Positions 8,855 to 17,598 of a stretch of DNA of 32,220 nucleotides are shown piece after piece. The stretch covers positions 1 to 32,220 of the forward strand of contig JAHHIM010000042.1 in assembly GCA_019358915.1 (NCBI GenBank). Direction: 5' to 3'. Positions within the stretch are counted from its first letter, which is position 1. The number at the start of each line of letters is the position of its first letter. The DNA comes from Trichormus sp. ATA11-4-KO1. GTDB lineage: Bacteria > Cyanobacteriota > Cyanobacteriia > Cyanobacteriales > Nostocaceae. The notes under the pieces were generated by a model, which searched no databases, was not told the DNA's origin, and saw only the letters and a program-made list of their open reading frames with translations. Both the position numbers and the translations under genes were made by a program.

Positions 8855-10690
8855 ATGCGTAATTTTCTTAAACAAAGTTTTGCCAGTTTGGTAGGTACTT
8901 TACTGGGACTGATGATTTTCTTTGGGATTGGGACAACAGCCTTTTTCTTGCTGTTATTTGCAGCTGCCACTTCTAGAGAAACTAGTCCGCAAGTGAAAGA
9001 TAATTCGGTAGTGGTTTTTGATTTGTCGATGAACATCACCGATAGTGAGCCTAGTTCTAGTGAATTGCTTCAGCGAGCGTTATCAGGTGCAGAGATAGAA
9101 AGAATGACACTCCGTAGTGTGATCGATACTATAGAAAAGGCCCGGCGTGATCCGCGAATTGTCGGGATTTATCTAGATGCCACAAATCCGAGAGCGGCTG
9201 GTGTGACTGGCTTTGCTTCCCTCAAAGAAATTCGTCAGGCGCTGGCACAATTCCGCGCTTCTGGCAAGAAGGTTGTGGCTTATGGCGTGGGTTTGGGACA
9301 GAGAGAATATTACCTCAGTTCAGTGGCAGATACCGTTGTACTTAACCCCCTAGGGATGATGGAAATCACGGGTTTGAGTAGCCAACCAATATTTCTAGCA
9401 GGTGCTTTAGAAAAATATGGAATTGGTGTGCAAATCTTGCAAGAAGGGAAATTTAAGGGAGCCGTAGAACCATTTGTCCGCACAGAACTAAGTCCAGAAA
9501 ACCGCGCACAAATACAAAACTTGTTGGACGATGTTTGGCGAGATTGGCGTACTACAGTAGGGTCTAGCCGGAAACTTGACCCGCAAAAGTTGCAAGCGAT
9601 CGCTGATACTCAAGGATTATTAGCATCTAGTGCAGCAAAAGCCAGTGGTCTGGTGGATCAGGTGGCATACCTTGACCAGGTGATTGCTGATCTCAAAAAA
9701 TTGACAGCTACTGATGAGAAAGAACGCACATTCCAGCAAATTAACTTAAGTAATTACGCCCAAGTTTCTGGTAAGTCTCTGGGTGTAGAACGTACCTCAA
9801 AAAATCAAATTGCTGTGGTTTATGCTGAAGGCGAGATTGTCGATGGTCGAGGGGAAGATGGGCAAGTAGGAGGCGATCGCTTTGCAAGAATCTTCAGTAG
9901 ATTGCGACATGATAATGATGTCAAAGCAATTGTACTGCGGATTAACAGTCCTGGTGGTAGTGCTACGGCATCCGAGGTGATGCAGCGAGAAATCCAACTG
10001 ACTCGTAAAATTAAACCTGTTGTCGTCTCAATGGGTGATATTGCTGCCTCTGGTGGGTACTGGATTGCTAGCGACTCTCACCGAATTTTCGCCGAACAAA
10101 ATACAATTACAGGGTCAATTGGTGTCTTTGGAGTGCTGTTTAATGGGCAAAAAATCGCCAATGACAATGGCATTACCTGGGATTCGGTCAAAACAGCCCA
10201 ACTTGCTGATAGTCAAACGTTAACGCGCCCGAAATCACCCCAAGAGTTAGCACTTTATCAGGGTGCTGTCAACCGTATTTATAATCTCTTTATTGATAAA
10301 GTTGCTCAAGGTCGGAATTTACCGGAGCAAAAGGTGGCAGAAATTGCCCAAGGCAGAGTTTGGTCGGGTGTAGCTGCCAAAAAAATTGGTTTGGTGGATG
10401 AAATTGGTGGTTTGAGTGCTGCTATTGAATATGCTGCCAAGCAAGCGAAACTAGGTGAAGATTGGCAATTACAAGAGTATCCCAGAGCTAGTAGCTTGGA
10501 ACAGCGCTTTTTTGGTCGGGCTACTCAAGAAATCCGCACTATTTTAGGAATTGAGGGTGTGACAATTCAACCATCCAATCCCCTGATGGTTGAATTCCAG
10601 AAACTACATCAGGAAATGGCAAGTTTGCAAAATATGAATGATCCTCTAGGGGTTTACGCGCGTTTACCCTTCAATTTCCGGCTTGAGTAG
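8855..10690 (+). CDS. sppA: Signal peptide peptidase SppA (67K type)
   Basis: RINSPGGSA, SMGDIAASGGYWIA, TGSIGVFG and AQGRVWSG motifs, plus an N-terminal TM. Confidence 0.95.
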   Translation: MRNFLKQSFASLVGTLLGLMIFFGIGTTAFFLLLFAAATSRETSPQVKDNSVVVFDLSMNITDSEPSSSELLQRALSGAEIERMTLRSVIDTIEKARRDPRIVGIYLDATNPRAAGVTGFASLKEIRQALAQFRASGKKVVAYGVGLGQREYYLSSVADTVVLNPLGMMEITGLSSQPIFLAGALEKYGIGVQILQEGKFKGAVEPFVRTELSPENRAQIQNLLDDVWRDWRTTVGSSRKLDPQKLQAIADTQGLLASSAAKASGLVDQVAYLDQVIADLKKLTATDEKERTFQQINLSNYAQVSGKSLGVERTSKNQIAVVYAEGEIVDGRGEDGQVGGDRFARIFSRLRHDNDVKAIVLRINSPGGSATASEVMQREIQLTRKIKPVVVSMGDIAASGGYWIASDSHRIFAEQNTITGSIGVFGVLFNGQKIANDNGITWDSVKTAQLADSQTLTRPKSPQELALYQGAVNRIYNLFIDKVAQGRNLPEQKVAEIAQGRVWSGVAAKKIGLVDEIGGLSAAIEYAAKQAKLGEDWQLQEYPRASSLEQRFFGRATQEIRTILGIEGVTIQPSNPLMVEFQKLHQEMASLQNMNDPLGVYARLPFNFRLE

Positions 10691-10751
10691 TTGTCATGGG
10701 AATTGGGTACAATCTTTAGCTAAAGAGAACCCCCACGCTTGACCCGTTCAC

Positions 10752-10831
10752 CGAAGGTGTTCCCAAAGGGTAAGGCAACGTGGGACAGACAGTCCGCTCA
10801 AGTCGGGGAACCCGCCCACGCGGTTGTCCTC
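10752..10831. repeat. Nostoc-type short dispersed repeat remnant(s) at the island boundary
   Basis: CCGAAGGTGTTCCCAAAGGGTA and CAAGTCGGGGAACCCGCCCACGCGGTTGTCCTC resemble dispersed palindromic repeats I recall from Nostocales. Confidence 0.45.
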
Positions 10832-10833
10832 AT

Positions 10834-11144
10834 GAATGGCGGGGCGATTCTTCGTTATTTGTTTCACTCAATTACGCAACTGGGGGGCATAGGCTGACCG
10901 GAGATAGTATCCGCAAAATGCTAGTGCAACTGTGCAATCAAGCCGGAATCAAAAAGCAGATGTCGTCTCACCGCATCCAGCACAGTGCAATTACCACCGC
11001 TCTTGATGCCACCGACGGGAACGAACGTGCGGAAAGTGCAAAAACTCAGCCGTCACCATAAGCTAGATACACTGAATGATTTACGACGATAACCGCTAAA
11101 AAGACCAGCGCGATATCACCACGCTGTTTGGTGAGATGTTTTAA
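10834..11144 (+). pseudogene. Tyrosine recombinase/integrase C-terminal remnant
   Basis: Reconstructed as LFVSL...RLTGDSIRKMLVQLCNQAGIKKQMSSHRIQHSAITTALDATDGNVRKVQKLSRHHKLDTLMIYDDNR*KDQRDITTLFGEMF. Lesions: AACG duplication at 11020-11027, extra A at ~11075, internal TAA at 11097-11099, HxxR Arg replaced by Gln, N-terminus missing. Confidence 0.85.
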
Positions 11145-11308
11145 ATCCCCAAAAGGAATTTTGACGGCATTTCTACATAGCAGTCTATACGTGAGGAATC
11201 AGCGTCGGATTAATTAGCGATCGCTATTCTCTGTTAGTTAGGGTTGGTGCTTTGTTTGTATAGTCTTAGAATTTTTAGTATATTCACAGAACGTATAAAA
11301 ATTTTTAA

Positions 11309-12124
11309 ATGAGCAAAGTCATTAACTTATACATGGATGATTCTGGAACAAGACATCCAGACCATAACCCTAGTTTGCCAACGCATGGACATGACTATTT
11401 TGCTCTTGGTGGCATCCTTGTAAAACAAGAAGATGAAACAATAGCTCGGCAACTACATTCAAATTTTTGTCAACAACGGGACATAAATTACCCGTTACAT
11501 TCTGTGGAGATTAGAGGGAAAAGTGAAAATTTCGCTTGGCTAGGAAAACTTAACAAAGACGAATTGGGTTTATTTATAGAACAGCTTTATCAAGTATTAG
11601 AAAAATCTGCAATTATTGGAATAGCCTGTGTTATTGATAGACCAGGATATAACTATCGTTACAGAGAAAAATATGGTCGTCAGCGTTGGTCTCTCTGTAA
11701 AACAGCCTTTACTGTTTTAGTAGAAAGAGCAGCTAAGTATGCAGATAGCCAAGGTTATAAGCTTCGTGTATTACCTGAGAAGTGCAATAAGGTTGAAGAC
11801 AAAACTTTGAAAGACTACTATGATCATCTCAAATCTGAAGGAATGCCATTTGAGCAATCTACGTCCTCTAAGTATGTACCGTTGAAAGCAGATGATTTTA
11901 AAAGGTTACTTTACGAGTTTAAACTCAAAGAAAAAACTTCACCAATGATTCAGTTGGCTGACTTGTATCTTTGGCCTATGGCGATAGGAGGGTACGATCC
12001 AAACAACCGAACATATAAGCGACTAATGGAAGATAGAAAATTAATTGATTGTTTATATAGTCAAGAAGAAATTTCCTATCTTGGTATTAAATACAGTTGT
12101 TTTGATTTGATATACGGTCAGTAA
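11309..12124 (+). CDS. DUF3800 domain protein
   Basis: N-terminal LYMDDSG, FALGGILV, PLHSVEIR and C-terminal SPMIQLADL are the DUF3800 hallmarks. Confidence 0.85.
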   Translation: MSKVINLYMDDSGTRHPDHNPSLPTHGHDYFALGGILVKQEDETIARQLHSNFCQQRDINYPLHSVEIRGKSENFAWLGKLNKDELGLFIEQLYQVLEKSAIIGIACVIDRPGYNYRYREKYGRQRWSLCKTAFTVLVERAAKYADSQGYKLRVLPEKCNKVEDKTLKDYYDHLKSEGMPFEQSTSSKYVPLKADDFKRLLYEFKLKEKTSPMIQLADLYLWPMAIGGYDPNNRTYKRLMEDRKLIDCLYSQEEISYLGIKYSCFDLIYGQ

Positions 12125-12147
12125 GTTAAAAATATTTAGGCATATAA

Positions 12148-12218
12148 ACAACTAAAGTCCTGGTCAACACACAGGACTTAAGTGCGGCTCCCTACGGGAA
12201 CCTCGTAGGCTATGCCTA
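12148..12218 (-). ncRNA. Candidate structured small RNA convergent on the DUF3800 gene
   Basis: Three hairpins on the minus strand: UAGGC-AUA-GCCUA, GGUUCCC-GUA-GGGAGCC and AAGUCCUG-(9)-CAGGACUU with a U-rich tail. It lies just downstream of an extended -10 promoter. Confidence 0.65.
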
Positions 12219-12223
12219 TTGTT

Positions 12224-12232
12224 ATTATATCA
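12224..12232 (-). promoter_or_regulatory. Extended -10 promoter (TGnTATAAT) for the candidate sRNA
   Basis: The minus strand reads TGATATAAT, a perfect extended -10, about 6 nt before the first hairpin. Confidence 0.65.
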
Positions 12233-12282
12233 AATCTTTTGTAAAACGCTAACAATATATTTGGGCATTGGGGAAACACCTA

Positions 12283-12307
12283 CCTCATCCCCCTTATCCC
12301 CCTCATC
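12283..12307. repeat. Short tandem repeat (CCTCATCCC-like, ~3 units)
   Basis: CCTCATCCC CCTTATCCC CCTCATC, STRR-like. Confidence 0.6.
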
Positions 12308-12417
12308 TAAAGATGAAGCGGTAAGCGTTAGCTATGAGAGAAGCAAGAGAAAGCGGTGATTTACCACCAAAAGAACATAATCAGGAGAAGTCAGCATGAT
12401 TGAGATACTTATGAAAA

Positions 12418-12594
12418 ATGGAACCTACAATTGAACAATTAAAGGCTTTCTACGATTTATGTGCCCGAGTAAGCAACTTGCTACAAACAATTGAGCCAAC
12501 CAGATATGATACGCGATCTCAAAGGATAGTTGTACTTATAGGTCAAACAATTCAGGTAGAGATTTTGAGTAACGGAGAAGAAATTATACAATGA
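12418..12594 (+). CDS. Small protein, DUF6888-like (not in ORF track)
   Basis: My translation is MEPTIEQLKAFYDLCARVSNLLQTIEPTRYDTRSQRIVVLIGQTIQVEILSNGEEIIQ* (58 aa). It has an ATGA overlap with the next gene. Confidence 0.7.
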   Translation: MEPTIEQLKAFYDLCARVSNLLQTIEPTRYDTRSQRIVVLIGQTIQVEILSNGEEIIQ

Positions 12595-12773
12595 GTAATT
12601 CAAATTATCGAGAATTAACCGAAGCAGAATTACGGGAATATATCAAGCTTCACCCTCAAGATGAAGAAGCTTTTCAGCACTACCTCACGATTATCAGAGC
12701 TAAACCAAATAGGGTAGTAGTTAGTACAGGTGAACAGTTGGAAACTGAGTTAAGGAAAAGACTGACATCATAA
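12591..12773 (+). CDS. Small protein, DUF6887-like
   Basis: NYRELTEAELREYIKLHPQDEEAFQHYL pattern, translationally coupled to the upstream ORF. Confidence 0.72.
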   Translation: MSNSNYRELTEAELREYIKLHPQDEEAFQHYLTIIRAKPNRVVVSTGEQLETELRKRLTS

Positions 12774-12949
12774 GTCAATATCGCGCAATTTCATGTCGCA
12801 CTATAAGGTAGAAATTTGCAATGTTTTGATATTCCGTGTTACTTTCTGCCTTGCTGCACTAGCCCCAAAAAATTAGGTGACAGAAACAGCATAGATGTGT
12901 AAAGTAGTTGAGGAAAACTAACTATTTCTCATCTTTCACACATCCATCT

Positions 12950-13189
12950 ATGGATAGAAAAACCAAACGCCTGTTGCTACTTGTGGTTTCCTGTAGTCTC
13001 ACTGGTGTGATTCTCGGAGGTACATCCAGTTGGGCAGAAAGCAATCTGTGCTTGCAAGCTGAAACGGTTACAAGCGATTGCTTGACACAAGATCCCATCA
13101 ATAAGACTATACAAGGAATGAGTACCGGTTTGTTAGCAGGGGCAGGCGCGGCTTGTGGTGCAGCATGGAATGCACGCCATGAAGACTAA
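12950..13189 (+). CDS. Small membrane/secreted hypothetical protein
   Basis: MDRKTKRLLLLVVSCSLTGVILGG..., two central Cys and a C-terminal glycine-zipper-like segment. The likely start is ATG 12950. Confidence 0.65.
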   Translation: MDRKTKRLLLLVVSCSLTGVILGGTSSWAESNLCLQAETVTSDCLTQDPINKTIQGMSTGLLAGAGAACGAAWNARHED

Positions 13190-13914
13190 AAACTATAGTT
13201 GCGATCGCGCACCCACAAACTCACTGGTACGGCGTTACCTTGAGGATCTACTTTGATTCTCACTGTTATCGGTCGGATCTGTCTTCTTCTATTTCCTCTA
13301 GTGTGCTGGACAGATTGGAAGATTTCCTCACTAATTTGCTGCCGTTGTTGTTCTGGAAGGTAGTATGTTTCCACTCCATAGGTGATGGCATTATCTTGAT
13401 ACACGCCTTTTAAGGCTACTTGATTGCTGGGGAGAGACTGAGGCAGATTGCTACTCACTCGTACTGGCCTCCAAGCTCTGGGAACGCCACCATCAAAGGA
13501 TTGTTGCTCTTGCAAAATCACGTACAAGTTGGTTCCTGGTAGCAATTGTCTGTTTCTCCCCTGATTCCTTCTCAGTAAATTATCCCAGCCGGAAAGTCTT
13601 CTCAAATTTTCTACACGGGAGATGTTGTAATCCAATGTCAAGGAAAAATCCTGTACTACATTGTTAGGATCTTGAGGTAGTGTTTGCAGAATCACATCCC
13701 TGCCTGCAATATTGGTGTACATTGCTTGGGTGGGAACTGCTAAAATTATCCCGGTTTGAATTAACAGGGGAACTAATAGCCGCCAAAAAGGTAGAGGTTG
13801 GTTGGCTTTTTGTTCAGTAGCAATGAGGTAATCCCTAAAAGTCAGCTTTTCGGAAAATTCGACTTCAGGAGATAATGATCTATTTCTACTCGATTCAGAG
13901 GAGTCACTGTTCAT
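13186..13914 (-). CDS. GDYXXLXY-domain membrane-anchored protein
   Basis: TM segment, then GRDVILQTLPQDP...LTLDYNIS and YGVETYYLPE. It follows the DUF2157 gene as is usual. The likely start is ATG 13914. Confidence 0.8.
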   Translation of the reverse strand: MNSDSSESSRNRSLSPEVEFSEKLTFRDYLIATEQKANQPLPFWRLLVPLLIQTGIILAVPTQAMYTNIAGRDVILQTLPQDPNNVVQDFSLTLDYNISRVENLRRLSGWDNLLRRNQGRNRQLLPGTNLYVILQEQQSFDGGVPRAWRPVRVSSNLPQSLPSNQVALKGVYQDNAITYGVETYYLPEQQRQQISEEIFQSVQHTRGNRRRQIRPITVRIKVDPQGNAVPVSLWVRDRNYSF

Positions 13915-14049
13915 GAGCGTAGTCCTAAAATGAAGGGGTATTTGTGACAATTTTTCTGGTGGAATTCCCAGAGTTAGGACGAACGCAGAGACACTCTAAA
14001 AAGGGTGATGCACAGAGATTGTCATGATTCAGAAATTTAGAACTGGATG

Positions 14050-15471
14050 TCAACTTCTATTTGCAGCAGGTAGGCGGCGTTCAAACCAAAGTCCAGCGCT
14101 AATTAATGCCGAACCGCATAAAACAAAGACAAGAGACTGGAAAAGTAGGTCGGTGTTATATTCTAGCACCCGACTAATAATTTGCAGCGTTAATAATAGC
14201 ATACCGCCCCAAAAGGTGCGTCTGTCATTTAACTTCAATCCTTCTCGAATTAACCCCGATGCCAAGAATGCCAAAAGTACATTAAAGATGAAACTGCCCA
14301 ATTCATCAATACGGGTAATAGCTAGATGCCAAAAAGGTGTGATGATAATGAAAGCCACAAAAGTGGTAACGACAGCAGTAGTGAAAATTGCTTCCCGGCG
14401 AGGAGGGTTATTTCTCAGGCGCAGCAGGGACAACCATTGTAATAATGCTAAACCACTGAGAATCCCTAAATCAATTATGGGCAGAGACATAAACAAGTTA
14501 TTTCTGGTGGTTGGCATAAAAGAATTAAAAATTGGGACTACCCATTGCCAACGGAAAGACAAGACATAAAAGACAAGTCCAAAAAATATCAATGCTAAGT
14601 TACGAGCTAGAGGTTGAAACAGCCTGTAGTTGATTGTGGGGAAAAGTAAATCGTCATAACTCCAGAATAATGCAGGTGGTAGTGCCAAAGCAAAGGATGC
14701 TACCCAAGGTGCCATATTAGAAAAGTTCAGTAATGGCAGGGGATTCAGATTTAACTGCAATGTCCCAGCAAAGACTATGGCTGCTAAAGCAAAAATCCAG
14801 CGCGATCGACAAAAATATGCTAAGGGTACAAACAGTAACCATGATAATAAAGGCATATGTCTAACTGCTAGGCGTACCCAATTCCAGTCGCTGGAAGTAA
14901 ACAACAAGTCTCCTCTTCCCGTCCAATACCCAATTTGGATGAGGATAATGGCCATGGTTCCTAAGGAATTTAGGCACAGACTGTAGGCCATGACTAAGAC
15001 ACCAATTCCCCAAGCAAAAAACAGTTCAGCAGTGGAACCGTTAATATTGAAAATCTGTGCCATCAGCACTATATTTGCGCCTAATATAAAAGCGCTCAAA
15101 ATTAGTAATCCTTCTCCGAGGATACGTCTGCTTTGTTGCTGTTTATTTCCTTCCTTGTTGTTTTGTTTAGTTGGTTTCCATGTGTAAAAACCAGTGATAG
15201 TAGTTGACAGAAACAAACTCATCATGAGGATAAATTTGACTTCTCGTGACCATGCCTGCCAGTTGGCTGCTACAAAGGTAATTACACCTAGACATAAAAG
15301 GATACTGCCTATAGAAATCACCATCATCATAAAGCGATCGCGTGCAGCAGCTTCTAGGTTATTAAATCGATAACGTTCTGCTAGGTCTTGGTATTGTGAA
15401 GAACTAATTAGTCCTTCATCTCGCCATAATTGTGCTTCTCGGCGTAATTTCTGCTGAAAATTATCTAACAT
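14050..15471 (-). CDS. DUF2157 domain membrane protein
   Basis: LWRDEGLIS...LAERY, LGVITFVAANW and GANIVLMAQIFNI motifs, many TMs. Confidence 0.85.
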   Translation of the reverse strand: MLDNFQQKLRREAQLWRDEGLISSSQYQDLAERYRFNNLEAAARDRFMMMVISIGSILLCLGVITFVAANWQAWSREVKFILMMSLFLSTTITGFYTWKPTKQNNKEGNKQQQSRRILGEGLLILSAFILGANIVLMAQIFNINGSTAELFFAWGIGVLVMAYSLCLNSLGTMAIILIQIGYWTGRGDLLFTSSDWNWVRLAVRHMPLLSWLLFVPLAYFCRSRWIFALAAIVFAGTLQLNLNPLPLLNFSNMAPWVASFALALPPALFWSYDDLLFPTINYRLFQPLARNLALIFFGLVFYVLSFRWQWVVPIFNSFMPTTRNNLFMSLPIIDLGILSGLALLQWLSLLRLRNNPPRREAIFTTAVVTTFVAFIIITPFWHLAITRIDELGSFIFNVLLAFLASGLIREGLKLNDRRTFWGGMLLLTLQIISRVLEYNTDLLFQSLVFVLCGSALISAGLWFERRLPAANRS

Positions 15472-15592
15472 CTATGACCATCTCCAGTGCAGTGGGTTAG
15501 TGTGGCAATCATTAATTAGAATGGCGGTCATTATGTTTTCAGTATGCAACCAAGATGCTTGAGAGCATTGTTCTTCTGTAACAGTTTTACTA

Positions 15593-16558
15593 ATGGAAAA
15601 ACCATCAAATTTATTACTTAAACTCTCACGGCGTTTGTTTGAAAATCCAGATAAACAAGAAAAATTTATTGCGTCATTAATTCATCCCCAACCTTTTCAC
15701 CCTTGCATTCTTTGGTGTCGAGATCAACCAGATACATTGCCTTTTAAGGTGGAAACACCAATAAATTGGCAACCACAATTTATAGACCGTTTATTTTTAG
15801 GTGAAAAACCTGGTAAACATCTCTTACATGACCAAGGTTATTTCTATTGTTTAGATTTTTCTTCTGTGTTTGCGGCTTCAGTTTTGTTAGCGATTCCTCA
15901 ATCAGTGCGTATAATTTTTGATATGTGTGCTTCCCCTGGTGGTAAGAGTATTTTTGCCTGGAAGGCTTTGCAACCTGATTTACTCATTTGTAATGAAGTA
16001 ATTGGTAAACGTTTAGGAATGCTTATTTCTAATTTGAAGCGTTGTCAGATTAGTTCTTGTACTGTGGTTAATCGAGATTCTAGGATTTTTGCAGAAAACA
16101 TTCCCTTATCTAGTGATTTAGTGATAGTAGATGCTCCTTGTACTGGGCAATCTTTACTGGCTAAAGGTGAAAAAGCAGTTGGATGTTTTCATCCAACTGC
16201 TATTAATAAAAGTGCGAATCGGCAAAAAAGAATTATTGCTAATTCTGCTCAAATAGTTGCGCCTCAAGGCTATCTAGCTTATATGACTTGCACTTATTCT
16301 CCTGAGGAAAATGAGCAAGTTTGTGAATGGTTTTTGTCACGATTTCCTCAGTTTCAAGCAGTGAAGGTGATTCATTTAGATCAGTATCAGTCACATTTAA
16401 CTCATATTCCTTGTTATCGGCTTTTTCCTCAAGCTCGGCTTGGTGCTGGTGCTTTTACGGTGCTTTTTCAAAATACTGCGGAGGGGGAGAGGAAGCTGGT
16501 AGATTTGGATGCTTTGTCTGGGGTATGGAGGAATACAAAAGTTCTTAATTTTGTATAA
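15593..16558 (+). CDS. RsmB/NOP (RsmF-like) SAM-dependent RNA m5C methyltransferase
   Basis: DMCASPGGKS, VDAPCTG and YMTCTYSPEENE, with both catalytic Cys present. Confidence 0.88.
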   Translation: MEKPSNLLLKLSRRLFENPDKQEKFIASLIHPQPFHPCILWCRDQPDTLPFKVETPINWQPQFIDRLFLGEKPGKHLLHDQGYFYCLDFSSVFAASVLLAIPQSVRIIFDMCASPGGKSIFAWKALQPDLLICNEVIGKRLGMLISNLKRCQISSCTVVNRDSRIFAENIPLSSDLVIVDAPCTGQSLLAKGEKAVGCFHPTAINKSANRQKRIIANSAQIVAPQGYLAYMTCTYSPEENEQVCEWFLSRFPQFQAVKVIHLDQYQSHLTHIPCYRLFPQARLGAGAFTVLFQNTAEGERKLVDLDALSGVWRNTKVLNFV

Positions 16559-16608
16559 AGTCGAGTTGAGGTTTTGATAAATTAAGGCTGTAAACTCTGG
16601 TGTAGCCC

Positions 16609-17505
16609 ATGTCAAAACAAAAGCCCTTAGTTATCACCACAGAAGCGGAAATATTTCCACTTTACCCCCGGCTGCCAATTATCACGAGTTTAGAAGCCAA
16701 TTGGCATGGTTTCTCTTTTGGATATATGTGTCAGCCTGCTTATGAATTTCCTGAAGTTTGCACTCCTCGATGGCACTCTATAGCTATTTTTACTCATGGA
16801 GCGCGAGTTATTCATGCTAATAGAAAAATGGATGGACGCAGCCATCGTGATGCTGTCGTGGGAGGCGATATACTTATCACTCCTGTTAACGTGGGACATC
16901 AATCAGCTTGGGAGGCAGAAGGAGACTTTATTATTCTTGGTATTGAACCACAAATCGTTGCCCATGCAGTTGATGAATCTGAGGATGCAGAACAGGTGGA
17001 ACTAATACCACACTTTGCGACACCAGACCCCCTAGTTTATCAAATAGGTCTAGCACTGAAAGGCATTCTGGAAAACAACCCTGCGCGTAGTCGTCTTTAT
17101 GCAGAGGCAATGGTGAATGCTTTATCAGTACATTTATTGCAACATTACTCTACACGAAAACCCGTTATCAAAGAATACAATCATGGTTTATCGCGGCGGC
17201 AATTACAGCAAGTTACTGATTATATTCACGCACATATTGACCAAGATTTAGGTTTAGCAGACTTGGCAGCATTGCTAAATATTAGTCCTCATTATTTTTC
17301 TCAGTTGTTTAAACAAGCTACAGGTATGACTCCCCATAAATATGTCATTTATTGTCGGGTGGAACGTGCTAAGGAATTATTGCTGAAGGGTCAGTTGAGA
17401 ATAGCTGAAATTGCTGATTTAGTTGGTTTTGCCAGCCAAAGCCATTTAAATTTTCACTGTAAGCGGTTATTGGGTGTAACTCCCAAAACTTTGCAAGCAA
17501 GATAG
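16609..17505 (+). CDS. AraC-family transcriptional regulator
   Basis: C-terminal double HTH: LADLAALLNISPHYFSQLFKQATGMTPHKY...IAEIADLVGFASQSHLNFHCKRLLGVTPK. Confidence 0.93.
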   Translation: MSKQKPLVITTEAEIFPLYPRLPIITSLEANWHGFSFGYMCQPAYEFPEVCTPRWHSIAIFTHGARVIHANRKMDGRSHRDAVVGGDILITPVNVGHQSAWEAEGDFIILGIEPQIVAHAVDESEDAEQVELIPHFATPDPLVYQIGLALKGILENNPARSRLYAEAMVNALSVHLLQHYSTRKPVIKEYNHGLSRRQLQQVTDYIHAHIDQDLGLADLAALLNISPHYFSQLFKQATGMTPHKYVIYCRVERAKELLLKGQLRIAEIADLVGFASQSHLNFHCKRLLGVTPKTLQAR

Positions 17506-17565
17506 TCAAAATCTGCAAAAAATCGGACGAATTTGCAAGACTGTAGCCTATAAACGCCATACGCT
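17488..17565 (+). promoter_or_regulatory. Putative AraC-dependent promoter of the ndhH copy
   Basis: Direct repeats ACTTTGCAA (17488), AATCTGCAA (17510) and AATTTGCAA (17530) at 22/20-bp spacing. The last overlaps the -35 position, with candidate -10 TACGCT at 17560-17565. Confidence 0.55.
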
Positions 17566-17598
17566 AAGAAAAAATCGCGACTGGGGTAGTAGTAATTT

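Noticed and set aside
10780..11061. 93-aa ORF as a functional gene
   Set aside because: It is a chimera of repeat-derived sequence and a frameshifted integrase remnant.
14024..15187. Plus-strand ORFs 14024-14569, 14777-14986 and 14990-15187
   Set aside because: Antisense shadows of the hydrophobic DUF2157 gene.
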